A stretch of DNA of 24,938 nt, taken from the NCBI RefSeq assembly GCF_006345805.1, contig NW_021836271.1:1-24938 (forward strand). The letters are read 5' to 3'. Position 1 is the first letter of the stretch. Each line of letters begins with the position of its first letter. A model generated the notes under the pieces. The model saw nothing but the letters and a program-made list of their open reading frames with translations. It was not told the origin of the DNA and made no database searches. The position numbers and the translations under genes were made by a program. This DNA comes from Octopus sinensis (Eukaryota). Of the stretch, positions 1-9,325 are shown one piece after another.

Positions 1-300
1 GACATTCATTTACTTCGGAAATTTGTTCCAAGACATGCGACTTAACTCCACAACCCATGTAATACGAAATAGGAATTAAAAAAAAACAAAACATTAAAAA
101 GATTCCTTAGCTTATATCGGTTTTAATAAACGGTTTGTACATATTTTCACGTACTATATCGGATTTTCTATGTCAGTCTTCGTTTTAAGATGTTTTCTGT
201 GTTTTTGTTGTTATTATTTTTATTTCTATGAATTTAAGTTTGTTCGCTAAAGCCAACATGGAAATGAATAAACGGACTGATAATGAGATTAAAAAGAAAG

Positions 301-567
301 ACGCTATATTATATATATATAATATATATATAAATATAGCACTGGGCATTGCACTCCACAACACACACAACACCACACACATGTAATATAATATATATAT
401 ACATATATATGTATATATATATATATATATATGTATGATAGTCTATATATATTATAATATATCTATATATATATACTATATATATGTATATATATATATA
501 TATTATATATTATGTATATATATATATATATATATAGATATAGTAATGTATATATTATATATATATC

Positions 568-614
<47 letters not shown>

Positions 615-725
615 TATATAATATATATATATATGATATATATATATAGTATATATACATTATATATATTATATATATATAATATATATATTTATGTATG
701 ACATACAGACACACACAACCCACCA
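301..725. repeat. Compound (TA)n/(CA)n microsatellite
   Basis: Long interrupted TA dinucleotide run with short CA runs; explains the Y/I-rich ORFs in the track. Confidence 0.97.
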
Positions 726-959
726 CACATCACATATATGATGCTCCCAGGGAGCTGCCTGCGCAGAACAGTTGAGCGATATATTATTATGTTGGTTGTA
801 GCTTTGACTTACGTAATATCATAATATTTACGTTGCTCGGTCATACCCCATCGAGGGTGACTTCAGCCTCTATCCTTCCGCAGAAATAAAATAAATAACA
901 ACCATTTCACGTGATGAGTTAAATAATTTGCTCTACGTTCCCTCTCCGGCGTCATTTCT

Positions 960-1185
960 TTATACACACACACACACACACCACAACACACACATATATA
1001 TATTTATATATATATATATATATTATATATATGTGTGTGTATATGCATATATATGTATATGTACGTATGTGTGTATATTTATATACACACATATATATAT
1101 ATACAGATACATATGTAAGTATATATATATTTCTACATATGTATACATATGCATATGTGTGTATGTGTGTGAGTGTGTGTGTGTG
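960..1185. repeat. (CA)n/(TA)n/(TG)n microsatellite
   Basis: Directly visible dinucleotide runs. Confidence 0.95.
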
Positions 1186-1861
1186 CAAAGCAAAACAATA
1201 TAATCTTGTTCTTTACCAATACATAGAAATCGATATGCAATATTCGATATCCGCATTTGTGTGTGATTCCTTTCCTTTGGTTTAATAATATATTGTAAAA
1301 TTACAATTGGATATATCTAACATAAAACTACACAATTTGTTGAGGATTTTTTTTCTGTTTTATCAAAATGAAAGCAGAACGAGGATTTCAATTTGAAAAC
1401 AATCACAAAATCAGTTTTCTTATATAGCGGGTGAGTATGGAGGCGTCGTCCGCAATTTGAGGGTGGACAGCTGTCCACGGTGGAAGAACGACGGGTGGGC
1501 TACGCAGGAATGTAAAATAGTAGGAAAAATATAAGAAAGGAATATAATATTGAATAGAATGAACAGTTGTTTCAAAGTAAGAACGAAAGTAATTGAATTG
1601 CGATTAATAACTTATCAAGAGTTGAAGAATGTTAATATAAAACGGAATGAGAACAGAATAGAAGATGGAAGTGAAGATGAAGGTGAAGTAAATGATGAAA
1701 GAAGAACTAAAGACAGAGAAAAAGCAATGTATGTCAAGTGGTTAAGAAGGACAAAGAAATGATATCAGTTTAGGATATTCGGGGAGATACCAAATAATTG
1801 TAGAGATATCGATTAAAAGATATCGAACGCTGAGAGAATACTTATAAGACAAGCACAGTCT

Positions 1862-1900
1862 TACACACACGTACACATATTCGCATATATATATGTGTGT

Positions 1901-1940
<40 letters not shown>

Positions 1941-2029
1941 TTATTTAGCTAGGTATGCGTATGTGTATTTGTGTGTGTTCGAGTATATGCATATATATCT
2001 GTATGCATAAATATATGCGCGTGTGTGTG

Positions 2030-2088
<59 letters not shown>

Positions 2089-2099
2089 ATTATATATAT

Positions 2100-2145
<46 letters not shown>

Positions 2146-2325
2146 ATATATATTATATATATACAGATATATCTACATATATACATATATTATATATGAA
2201 CATATAACGCCACACACACATATATATGCATATACACGCACACATGCACACACACATACACATATATATATATGTGTGTGTGCGTGTATATATATAATAT
2301 ATATATCGATATACATGTCGAGATA
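1862..2325. repeat. (TG)n + (TA)n + (CA)n compound microsatellite
   Basis: Directly visible dinucleotide runs. Confidence 0.95.
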
Positions 2326-2479
2326 GTTACATACACAACCGCAATTTCTGTTCTACAATGTTGCCTCATTTTTATTGATAATCCAATAGAAACTCTTTCC
2401 GCTACTCCAGTATTGATCTGTGGAAAAACCATTGTATAATACATACATTTATATCTACATCTATACATACATACGTACG

Positions 2480-2905
2480 TACTACTCTTTTTGTATGACT
2501 ATACACAAGTGGCTTTAATTCAACGTCTTCTTGTTAAGAGGGAAACGAAAGCTTGCGTCATTAACTCCGGCCGTGAAGAGCTTTTGTCTTCTTTACACAG
2601 AATACAAAATGTTTTGCAGTTTTCTCTTTACCAAGAACAAGTATACAATTTATTTCAGAATATTGGTGACGTGTATATTACATTCATACCTTTCCAAATA
2701 ATTTAATCATCTTAACTGCTGAAGAGTATATTATTCTCTAGTAGATTCGAAACTGTGCCCTCATCCTTGCAACATTTGAACATGTGTACATTTTCTCTTG
2801 ACATATCCCCATTATATTTTTATACATATACAGTCTATTTTCTAACCAGATACTTTAATCTCTAGAATGGATGCAAATTCACCGACAACAAATTAGGGGT
2901 CCTCA
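2480..2905 (-). pseudogene. Degenerate Penelope-like (PLE) GIY-YIG endonuclease C-terminal relic (tentative)
   Basis: Minus-strand translation across frameshifts and stops gives collinear pieces CCR..C, WLENRLY, IMG, FK, IIWK, YTCS..CILCKEDK and PLNKKT..ATC. These follow the PLE order CxC..C-L-x-ENIVY / YIG / FK / IWK / PY..CxLCxxEK / LNKRxE..TCRH. Judged by eye only. Confidence 0.42.
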
Positions 2906-3349
2906 TTTCAGGTATATCCGTTTAATTACGTATAGGAAAACATGATACAATTAAATTTCTTAATATTTCTATTACATATATTTTTATATAAATAATTATT
3001 GCTTCTCTTTGCTTTCTATCTCTGTGTCATTCTGGTGTTATCTCTCTTTATTGATTCCTTTCAATCTTGGTTGTATATTTTATCACTGTTGTTATTTTTC
3101 CTACGTGCGTTGCTCATCATATCGATATCATTAAGGACATTTTGATTTACAGATTTGGTTTTGAATCTCATGAGCAAATGAGTAACCAATTACATCTAAA
3201 CTAATTTGTAATGCATGTTATTTGCATAATTATATAAATTACGGGTCTTTTATCAATCGAAATAGGTGCAGAGAATAATTAAACTATGAATCACTTGTGA
3301 AATGTTTGCTTTTCCGCTTTGTATTGTTTTACATATTTATACACATATA

Positions 3350-3520
3350 GGCGCAGGAGCGGCTGTGTGGTAAGTAGCTTGCTTACCAACCACATGGTTC
3401 CGGGTTCAGCCCCACTGCGTGGCATCTTGGGCAAGTGTCTTCTGCTATAGCCCCGGGCCGACCAATGCCTTGTGAGTGGATTTGGTAGACGGAAACTGAA
3501 AGAAGCCTGTCGTATATATG

Positions 3521-3557
<37 letters not shown>

Positions 3558-3812
3558 TTGTGTGTTGTATGTATGTATGTCTGTATGTATGTGTGTGTGT
3601 GTTTGTGTGTCTTGTTTGTCCCCCTAGCATTGCTTGACAACCGATGCTGTGTGTTTACGTCCCCGTCACTTAGCGTTCGGCAAAGAGATCGATAGAATAA
3701 GTGCTGGGCTTACAATAATAAGTCCCGGGGTCGATTTGCTCGACTAAAAAAAGGCGGTGTTCCAGCATGGCCGCAGTCAAATGACTGAAACAAGTAAAAG
3801 AGTAAAAGAGTA
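3350..3812 (+). mobile_element. SINE family A (tRNA-derived, internal TA/TG microsatellite, GAGTAAAA tail), full length
   Basis: Head GGCGCAGGAGCGGCTGTGTGG with A/B-box-like motifs (GGTTCAGCCC). CORE-like GTGGCATCTTGGGCAAGTG. Ends in (GAGTAAAA)n. Many near-identical copies in this window. Confidence 0.92.
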
Positions 3813-3816
3813 TATA

Positions 3817-3937
3817 GGCGCAGGAGCGGCTCTGTGGTAAGTAGCTTGCTTACCAACCACATGTTTCCGGTTCATTCCCACTGCGTGGCACCTTGGGCAA
3901 GTGTCTTCTACTATAGCCTCGAGCCGACCAAAACCTT
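3817..3937 (+). mobile_element. SINE family A, 5' part only, head-to-tail with the previous copy
   Basis: Repeats the first ~120 bp of the 3350 copy immediately after its tail. Confidence 0.9.
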
Positions 3938-4197
3938 TTCCAGAAATCCACATATTTGCGCTTCCCCGAATCAACCCAAAATTTATTCACGTCATAAGTT
4001 GTTGAAAAATGTATATATTTTTATTTATATATATTCATTACAAAAATATTCCAGTGTTTTACCTCTAATCAAACGATGTATGCCTTAATCTCCGAATGCA
4101 ATGTGGCACTTGCATCGTTTTTGTTTTTGTTTTTATATATTTATATATTGACACACACACACATACATATGTGTCTGCCTGTCTGTGCATGTGTATA

Positions 4198-4440
4198 GGC
4201 CTGTGGTTTAGTTGCTAGGCTGCAGCAGTCTTCATCGTAAGAGTGTACTTTCGAATTTGAATAGGGTGATGTGTTGTGTCTTTGAGTATCATACTTAATT
4301 TCTCGTTGCTCCAGTCCATTCAGCTGGTAAAAATGTGTAAACCTACAACACGACCGGTGTCCTATGCAGGGGTGGGTATTGTATAAGATAAAGAAACCAG
4401 GAAACAGACCCTACGAGCCTGTAGGTTGGGAATGACATTC
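4198..4440 (+). mobile_element. Old tRNA/CORE-like SINE (related to family C)
   Basis: GTGTCTTTGAGTATCATACTTAATTTCTCGTTGCTCCAGTCCATTCAGCTGGTAAAAATG matches the reverse complement of the core of the 6229-6534 SINE. Confidence 0.7.
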
Positions 4441-4504
4441 AATCACTGTGATAAATAGATACATACATATAAACAATTAAAAAAAACACAGAAAAAGAAA
4501 AACA

Positions 4505-4997
4505 AACAAACGAACGTGTGGAACTGGCCCAGGCAATGTATTAATGCGACGCTCAGAGAATGGAAAGAGTAGTAGTTTTACGTTTAGAGCATGGCTCTTC
4601 TTCAGGAACAGGAAGGTCTAAGACGAAGGAAGAAAAAAATCGCCAACAATCGCGTGCGGTTGTAGGTTTAGGTGTGGAAGATGGTGAGGAGGAGGGAAAA
4701 GGAAGCAGAGTGGAAGGAGAACTGACATAAAGTGGAAGGAAGGGAAGTGATGTGGAAGGGTCACTGACAAATTATAACGATTCACAATCAAAAGTGAAAA
4801 AATGGCGTACTTCGAATGAATAACGTGACGTAATCCAATGGTAGGGAAAGAAGGAGGTGGGGTCCGTGTGAACGTGCAGTAAATAATCAATTAAAAATAA
4901 CCACAGGGAAAAGAAATAAGAAATTAACAAACGAACGTGTGGACGTAGCACAAGCAACGTATTAAGAAGGCGCTAAGAGAAAGAAACTGTAGTAGTT
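4505..4997 (-). mobile_element. Probable Penelope-like relic: ~73-bp diverged direct repeats plus a minimal hammerhead-like motif
   Basis: 4505-4577 and 4926-4997 are diverged direct repeats starting AACAAACGAACGTGTGGA. The minus strand at 4605-4579 reads CTGAAGA-AGAGC-CAT-GCTCT-AAA-CG-TA. Confidence 0.45.
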
Positions 4998-4998
4998 A

Positions 4999-5262
<264 letters not shown>

Positions 5263-5414
5263 TAAAATCGCATATTCAAATAATTGCCTGTGTGTATCTA
5301 CTGCCTAAGCCGAAGTGGTGTAATTTTATACGCTTCATCTATTTTTTAAAAAGTGTTTTATATGAACAATGCAGCTCTTTTTATGCAATACAAGACGTCA
5401 TTCAACATATATAT

Positions 5415-5442
5415 TACCATCATCTTCATCATCATCATCATC

Positions 5443-5474
<32 letters not shown>

Positions 5475-5475
5475 C
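5415..5475. repeat. (CAT)n followed by (GTA)n trinucleotide repeats
   Basis: Directly visible; abuts the 3' end of the R4/Dong-like fragment. Confidence 0.95.
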
Positions 5476-5478
5476 ATT

Positions 5479-5812
5479 CAGTAATCTTATTTTCATCACC
5501 ACTGCACCACCGACTGCAGCTGTGTGTGTCCCGGGTAGGTGCTGTGGTTTGTTGTGGTGCTCTTATTTTCACATACGTAGGATCTGCGCGGTACCTTAGA
5601 AGTGTGTTATACTCTGTATGTTATACACATTCCTTAAGTCCTGATGTTTTGATGCTTTGGTTATGTATTTGTCTGAATGTTTTTTTAATCATATCTAATG
5701 CACCAAGTATTATGGGATTGTTTCTATATATAAGCTCCACTTTTCGGTTACCTCTAATTCCAGATCTTTTATTTCTCCGTTTCCTTTTAGAGATACAATG
5801 TCATCTGTTATT
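5479..5812 (-). mobile_element. R4/Dong-like non-LTR retrotransposon 3' end (RLE C-terminus + 3' UTR), degenerate
   Basis: Minus strand across frameshifts reads DDIVSLK..KDLELEVTEKWSLYIETIP/IILGALDMIKK/SDKYITK...VYNIQSITHF*GTAQILR. This matches the RLE-LINE C-terminal pattern KY.DL..E....W......P.I.GALG...IQK..LLGTA.ILR. The 3' UTR matches 6587-6708. Confidence 0.85.
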
Positions 5813-5814
5813 AG

Positions 5815-6052
5815 TGGCGAGGTGGCAGAATCGTTAGCACGCCGCGCAAAATGTTTAGCGACATTTCGTCTGTCTTTGCGTTCTGAATTCAAATCCCAAG
5901 GTCCGCCTTGTCTTTAATCCTACCGAGGTCGATCATCCTCACCATCATTATTACCATTTTAAAATTCCGCCGAGGTTGTCGATCGATATAATAACTACCA
6001 GTGAAATACTGGGGTCGATGTAATCAACTAGCCTCCTCCCCCAATCTCTGGC
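5815..6052 (+). mobile_element. SINE family B (tRNA-like head, Deu/Nin-like domain), two rearranged fragments
   Basis: GGCGAGGTGGCAGAATCGTTAGCACGCC..TTCTGAATTCAAATCC at 5815-5925 and AAATTCCGCCGAGG..GGGGTCGATGTAATC at 5961-6052 match the reverse complement of the copies at 19160 and 22037. Confidence 0.8.
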
Positions 6053-6097
6053 TGTTATTATTTATTATTATTATTATCATTATTATTATTATTAAGG

Positions 6098-6207
6098 CAC
6101 ACGCACATACTCACCACCTCACACACCCATATATACATTGATGTTCAAAGAATGTTTTTAGAAAAATTTCTCGTTTCAGTTAAAATATTTCAAAATTATT
6201 ATTATTA
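6098..6207. repeat. ~110-bp inverted copy of 15088-15198 embedded in (ATT)n
   Basis: Identical to the reverse complement of 15088-15198 except for a small difference near 6117-6120. Both yield the ORF peptide MFLEKFLVSVKIFQNYYY. Confidence 0.95.
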
Positions 6208-6228
6208 CCTATTATTATTATTATTATT

Positions 6229-6534
6229 TCTAAGACCCCCGGTTACGACGACGAGGGTCCCAGCTGAACGATCAACGGACCAGCTTGCTCGTGAAATTAA
6301 CGTGCAAATGGCTGAGCATTCCACAACACGTGTACCTTAACGTAGTCCGGGGAAAATCATCGTGACACGAGAGTGACAAGGCTCCCTTGAAATACAAGTA
6401 CAATCATTTTTGCCAGCTGTTTGACTGGAGCAACGTGAAATAAATCTTGCTCAAGGACACAACGCGTCGCCGGGAATCGAACTCCAACCTTACGATCTGA
6501 GCCGAATGCCCTAACCACTAAGCCACTCGCCCTC
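6229..6534 (-). mobile_element. SINE family C (tRNA-derived, CORE-like domain), full length
   Basis: Minus strand has an A box TGGCTTAGTGG and a B box GAGTTCGATTCC, then GTGTCCTTGAGCAAGA..GTTGCTCCAGTC..CAGCTGGCAAAAATGA. Flanked by AAT repeats on both sides. Confidence 0.88.
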
Positions 6535-6541
6535 ATTATTA

Positions 6542-6579
<38 letters not shown>

Positions 6580-6586
6580 TATTATT

Positions 6587-6708
6587 CAGTAGCATTTATA
6601 ACGTGCTTTCACTTCACTACCGAGCGCAGCTCTGTGTGCCTTGGGTATGTGCTGTGATTTGTTGTGATGCTCTGATGGTTACTGTATGGAAAGTGTTCTG
6701 CGTAGGAT
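6587..6708 (-). mobile_element. 5'-truncated R4/Dong-like LINE 3' end (~120 bp)
   Basis: Minus strand ATC CTA CGC AGA ACA CTT TCC ATA CAG TAA = ILRRTLSIQ*, then a 3' UTR homologous to 5479-5590 ending ..CTACTG-(AAT)n. Confidence 0.85.
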
Positions 6709-6732
6709 TATTATTATATCATTATATTATTA

Positions 6733-6769
<37 letters not shown>

Positions 6770-6812
6770 TAATATTATTATTATTATTATTAATATTATT
6801 ATTATTATTATT

Positions 6813-6834
6813 CAGTAGTTTTATTTTTATTTTT
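6813..6834 (-). mobile_element. Extreme 3' terminus of the same LINE (~22 bp)
   Basis: Minus strand AAAAATAAAACTACTG-AATAAT has the same terminus as 6587. A more degenerate equivalent (GAAAACTATTG-AAT) lies at ~6900-6918. Confidence 0.55.
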
Positions 6835-6868
6835 ATTATTATTATTTATTATATTATTATTATTATTA

Positions 6869-6901
<33 letters not shown>

Positions 6902-6952
6902 ATAGTTTTCTTCTTCTGCTTATTATTTTATATTATTAGTATTATTATTATT

Positions 6953-7475
6953 GAGTGAGAGAGCAGTTCATGCCATCAAAGTGCACTGGGGTAAATATCG
7001 AAGCCCAATACCCATCATGACTACCCGTCTGATAAAGGTACACCAGGCACATGCATCCCAACCATATGTGCGCGACATGGTAATCTCATATCAAAATAAA
7101 ACACACATGACCTTGAGTGGGGCCCAGTTAAATTTCTTCAGGTTGCGTAGCCCATCCTGCTCAAAAGGTCCCTGAATAAGGGTTGCTTTAGGATGTGAAC
7201 GAAACACCTATGTTTCCAGAGGTGAATTATTCAAACTCCAAGAATCCCTCAACACATTGCCATGATGCTCCCCACTTCTTGCTCGTGATCAGAGATACGT
7301 ATTGTCAGCCACTAAGGGACATGCTCATGGTTAAGGTCAATGACAAGCAATTTGTTATTGAGCAGAATATTGCTGTAGCCCATCTTTTATACCAAGACAA
7401 GAACAATGTACATGTAACACTTCCATCAGTTAGATCAGAAGCCATGAGAGCCACTGCCTGGTACTGCATCAGCAT
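6953..7475 (-). mobile_element. Element D: ~520-bp non-autonomous interspersed repeat flanked by (AAT)n
   Basis: Collinear with the diverged inverted copy at 17199-18152 along its whole length. No A/B box found. Strand assigned from AAT polarity (inference). Confidence 0.8.
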
Positions 7476-7495
7476 TTTATTATTATTATTATAAT

Positions 7496-7543
<48 letters not shown>

Positions 7544-7605
7544 TATTATTATTATTATTATTATTCTTATTATTATTATTATTATTTTATGCTTATTTTT
7601 ATATT
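7476..7605. repeat. (ATT)n tract with a short internal (AAT)n inversion
   Basis: Directly visible. Confidence 0.95.
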
Positions 7606-7904
7606 AATTTATACCATTTCTACAAATTACACATGCATGCCAGGATAGCATGTCCTTTCCCACCATCACCGACTCAATACAAACGAACTTTGTGTTTGGA
7701 ATCCAGTAAGTTACTCTGTAATCAAGTACATTACTCTTTAATCAATACATCGTTTTATACTCAAAAAGTAATACTTGACATTTCGCCTTGCGTTTATTGA
7801 TATCAATTTCGTTTACGTAACGCTTATATCGCACTGGGTTACGCTCCAGCTTTACCTTCGATTCCTGGTTATAAGCAAATAGAATTCTGTTTGTATACGA
7901 TTAT

Positions 7905-7978
7905 TTGTTTGTTTGTTTGTGTATATATGTGTGTGTGTGTGCGTGTGTGTGCGTGTGTGTGCGTGTGTGTGCGTGTGT
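7905..7978. repeat. (GTTT)n / (GTGTGTGC)n repeats
   Basis: Directly visible. Confidence 0.9.
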
Positions 7979-8136
7979 TTGAGGTAAGCTTCATTGATTG
8001 AACGAGATTAATTCTCCCATGTGAATTATCATTCTTATCTCGCATACCATTATATGCTCACACATATATGTCTATGCATATATAATATTATATCATAGCG
8101 TTATATCTGTGTATGTGTATTTATTTGCATGTACGA

Positions 8137-8139
<3 letters not shown>

Positions 8140-8179
<40 letters not shown>

Positions 8180-8198
8180 ATTATATATAGATATATCT

Positions 8199-8253
<55 letters not shown>

Positions 8254-8263
8254 TATGATACAG

Positions 8264-8296
<33 letters not shown>

Positions 8297-8514
8297 CATA
8301 TCTATATACATATATACACACACATATATATATATATAATATATTATATGGCATGTATATAATATATATATACATATATATATACACACGATATACATAT
8401 ATATATATGGATATATAATATACATATATGCAGATATATATAGGCATTTAAATATATATACATTACATATACATACATATACATATAGACATATACACAC
8501 ACATATACTTATAT

Positions 8515-8550
<36 letters not shown>

Positions 8551-8610
8551 CATATATAATTTATTTATTTTTTATATATGTATATATATACATATATAAA
8601 TAGATGTATA
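8140..8610. repeat. (TA)n with a (TAGA)n block at ~8200-8252
   Basis: Directly visible. Confidence 0.95.
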
Positions 8611-8624
8611 CGTAACATATAAGT

Positions 8625-9040
8625 ATGCGTGCTTGCACTCGCAGACCCTCATACTCACACTCGCACACAGATCGACACACTCAAACAGGAACCCACGTAC
8701 TCACACCGAAACATACACGCTCACACGAAGATCCACCTACTATCACACACAGGTCCACACACTCGTACACAGACTTACTCACCTACATACAAACTCACAC
8801 ACTCACACACTGATCCTTACATTAACACACGGACCCACACCCTCGTGCACAGACCCACCCACTCATACAACAGACATGTACAGATTCACACACAGACCCA
8901 CACATATATATACACACACAGTCACAGACCCACTGTCTCACACACGGATGCGCACATTCACGAACACATCCAGGTACTCCCGCACCCATATACTCTTACA
9001 CATATACTCTTACACACACACACACACACTCACGCATATA
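8625..9040. repeat. Degenerate CA-rich cryptic minisatellite
   Basis: Recurrent ACACAGACCCACACACTC-like units. Source of the overlapping H/T-rich 144-148 aa ORFs. Confidence 0.75.
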
Positions 9041-9325
9041 CCTTGTTTGATTTCATTTTCTGAGTGCTCGCTTTATTAATAGGTTTCAAGAATATTTCAT
9101 GGCTGTGGAAGATTTATTGATTAACGTAAGTATTTAATTTCTGTCATCAGACTTGAAGTCTCTCCACCAATGACCTCGTGAATTCATCGTAATAAAACTG
9201 GAGAGCAAGAATTAGATTTCATAATACAGCTATATCATGTTATTTGCTGAGCTAGGTTATGATTGATCCGAGACTTGTGCATCTTCTTCACTGGTTTTCC
9301 ATCCTTAGATGTCTTCAACTTAAAA

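Larger units (their letters stand above)
6535..6952. repeat. (ATT)n tract interrupted by LINE 3' ends
   Basis: Directly visible trinucleotide array. Confidence 0.95.

Noticed and set aside
1463-1478. 16-bp perfect palindrome GTGGACAGCTGTCCAC (contains CAGCTG, resembles a PLE hammerhead stem III)
   Set aside because: No CUGANGA or GAAA core on either strand. A single short palindrome is not informative.
1550-1762. 70-aa charged ORF (..RIEDGSEDEGEVNDERRTK..)
   Set aside because: It starts at TTG and lies in a purine-rich low-complexity stretch. No recognisable family or splice support.
185-2468. Many 60-123 aa ORFs rich in Y/I/C/V/H/T (and similar ones throughout the window)
   Set aside because: They are translations of TA/TG/CA and AAT microsatellites, which lack stops in some frames. 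No domain content.
2866-2911. AG/GT-bounded 46-nt segment that would splice in frame to 9083 (WMQIHRQQIRGPHF-R-FQEYF..)
   Set aside because: The donor GTATAT is weak, it overlaps the probable PLE relic on the other strand, and the joined peptide is not recognised.
4092-4135. Hairpin followed by a T-run resembling an intrinsic terminator
   Set aside because: The context is eukaryotic and the stem is short, so it is expected by chance.
6460-6534. tRNA gene
   Set aside because: A and B boxes are present, but no complete cloverleaf was found and it continues into a SINE body. It is a SINE head.
6951-7494. ORFs of 74 and 99 aa (and 18003-18191) within element D
   Set aside because: Frames are not preserved between the two copies, so these are repeat-derived chance ORFs.
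7775-7864. Minus-strand 90-nt open segment ESKVKLERNPVRYKRYVNEIDINKRKAKCQ after an AG
   Set aside because: The donor (CAA|GTATTA) is weak, there are no supporting neighbouring exons, and no homology is recognised.
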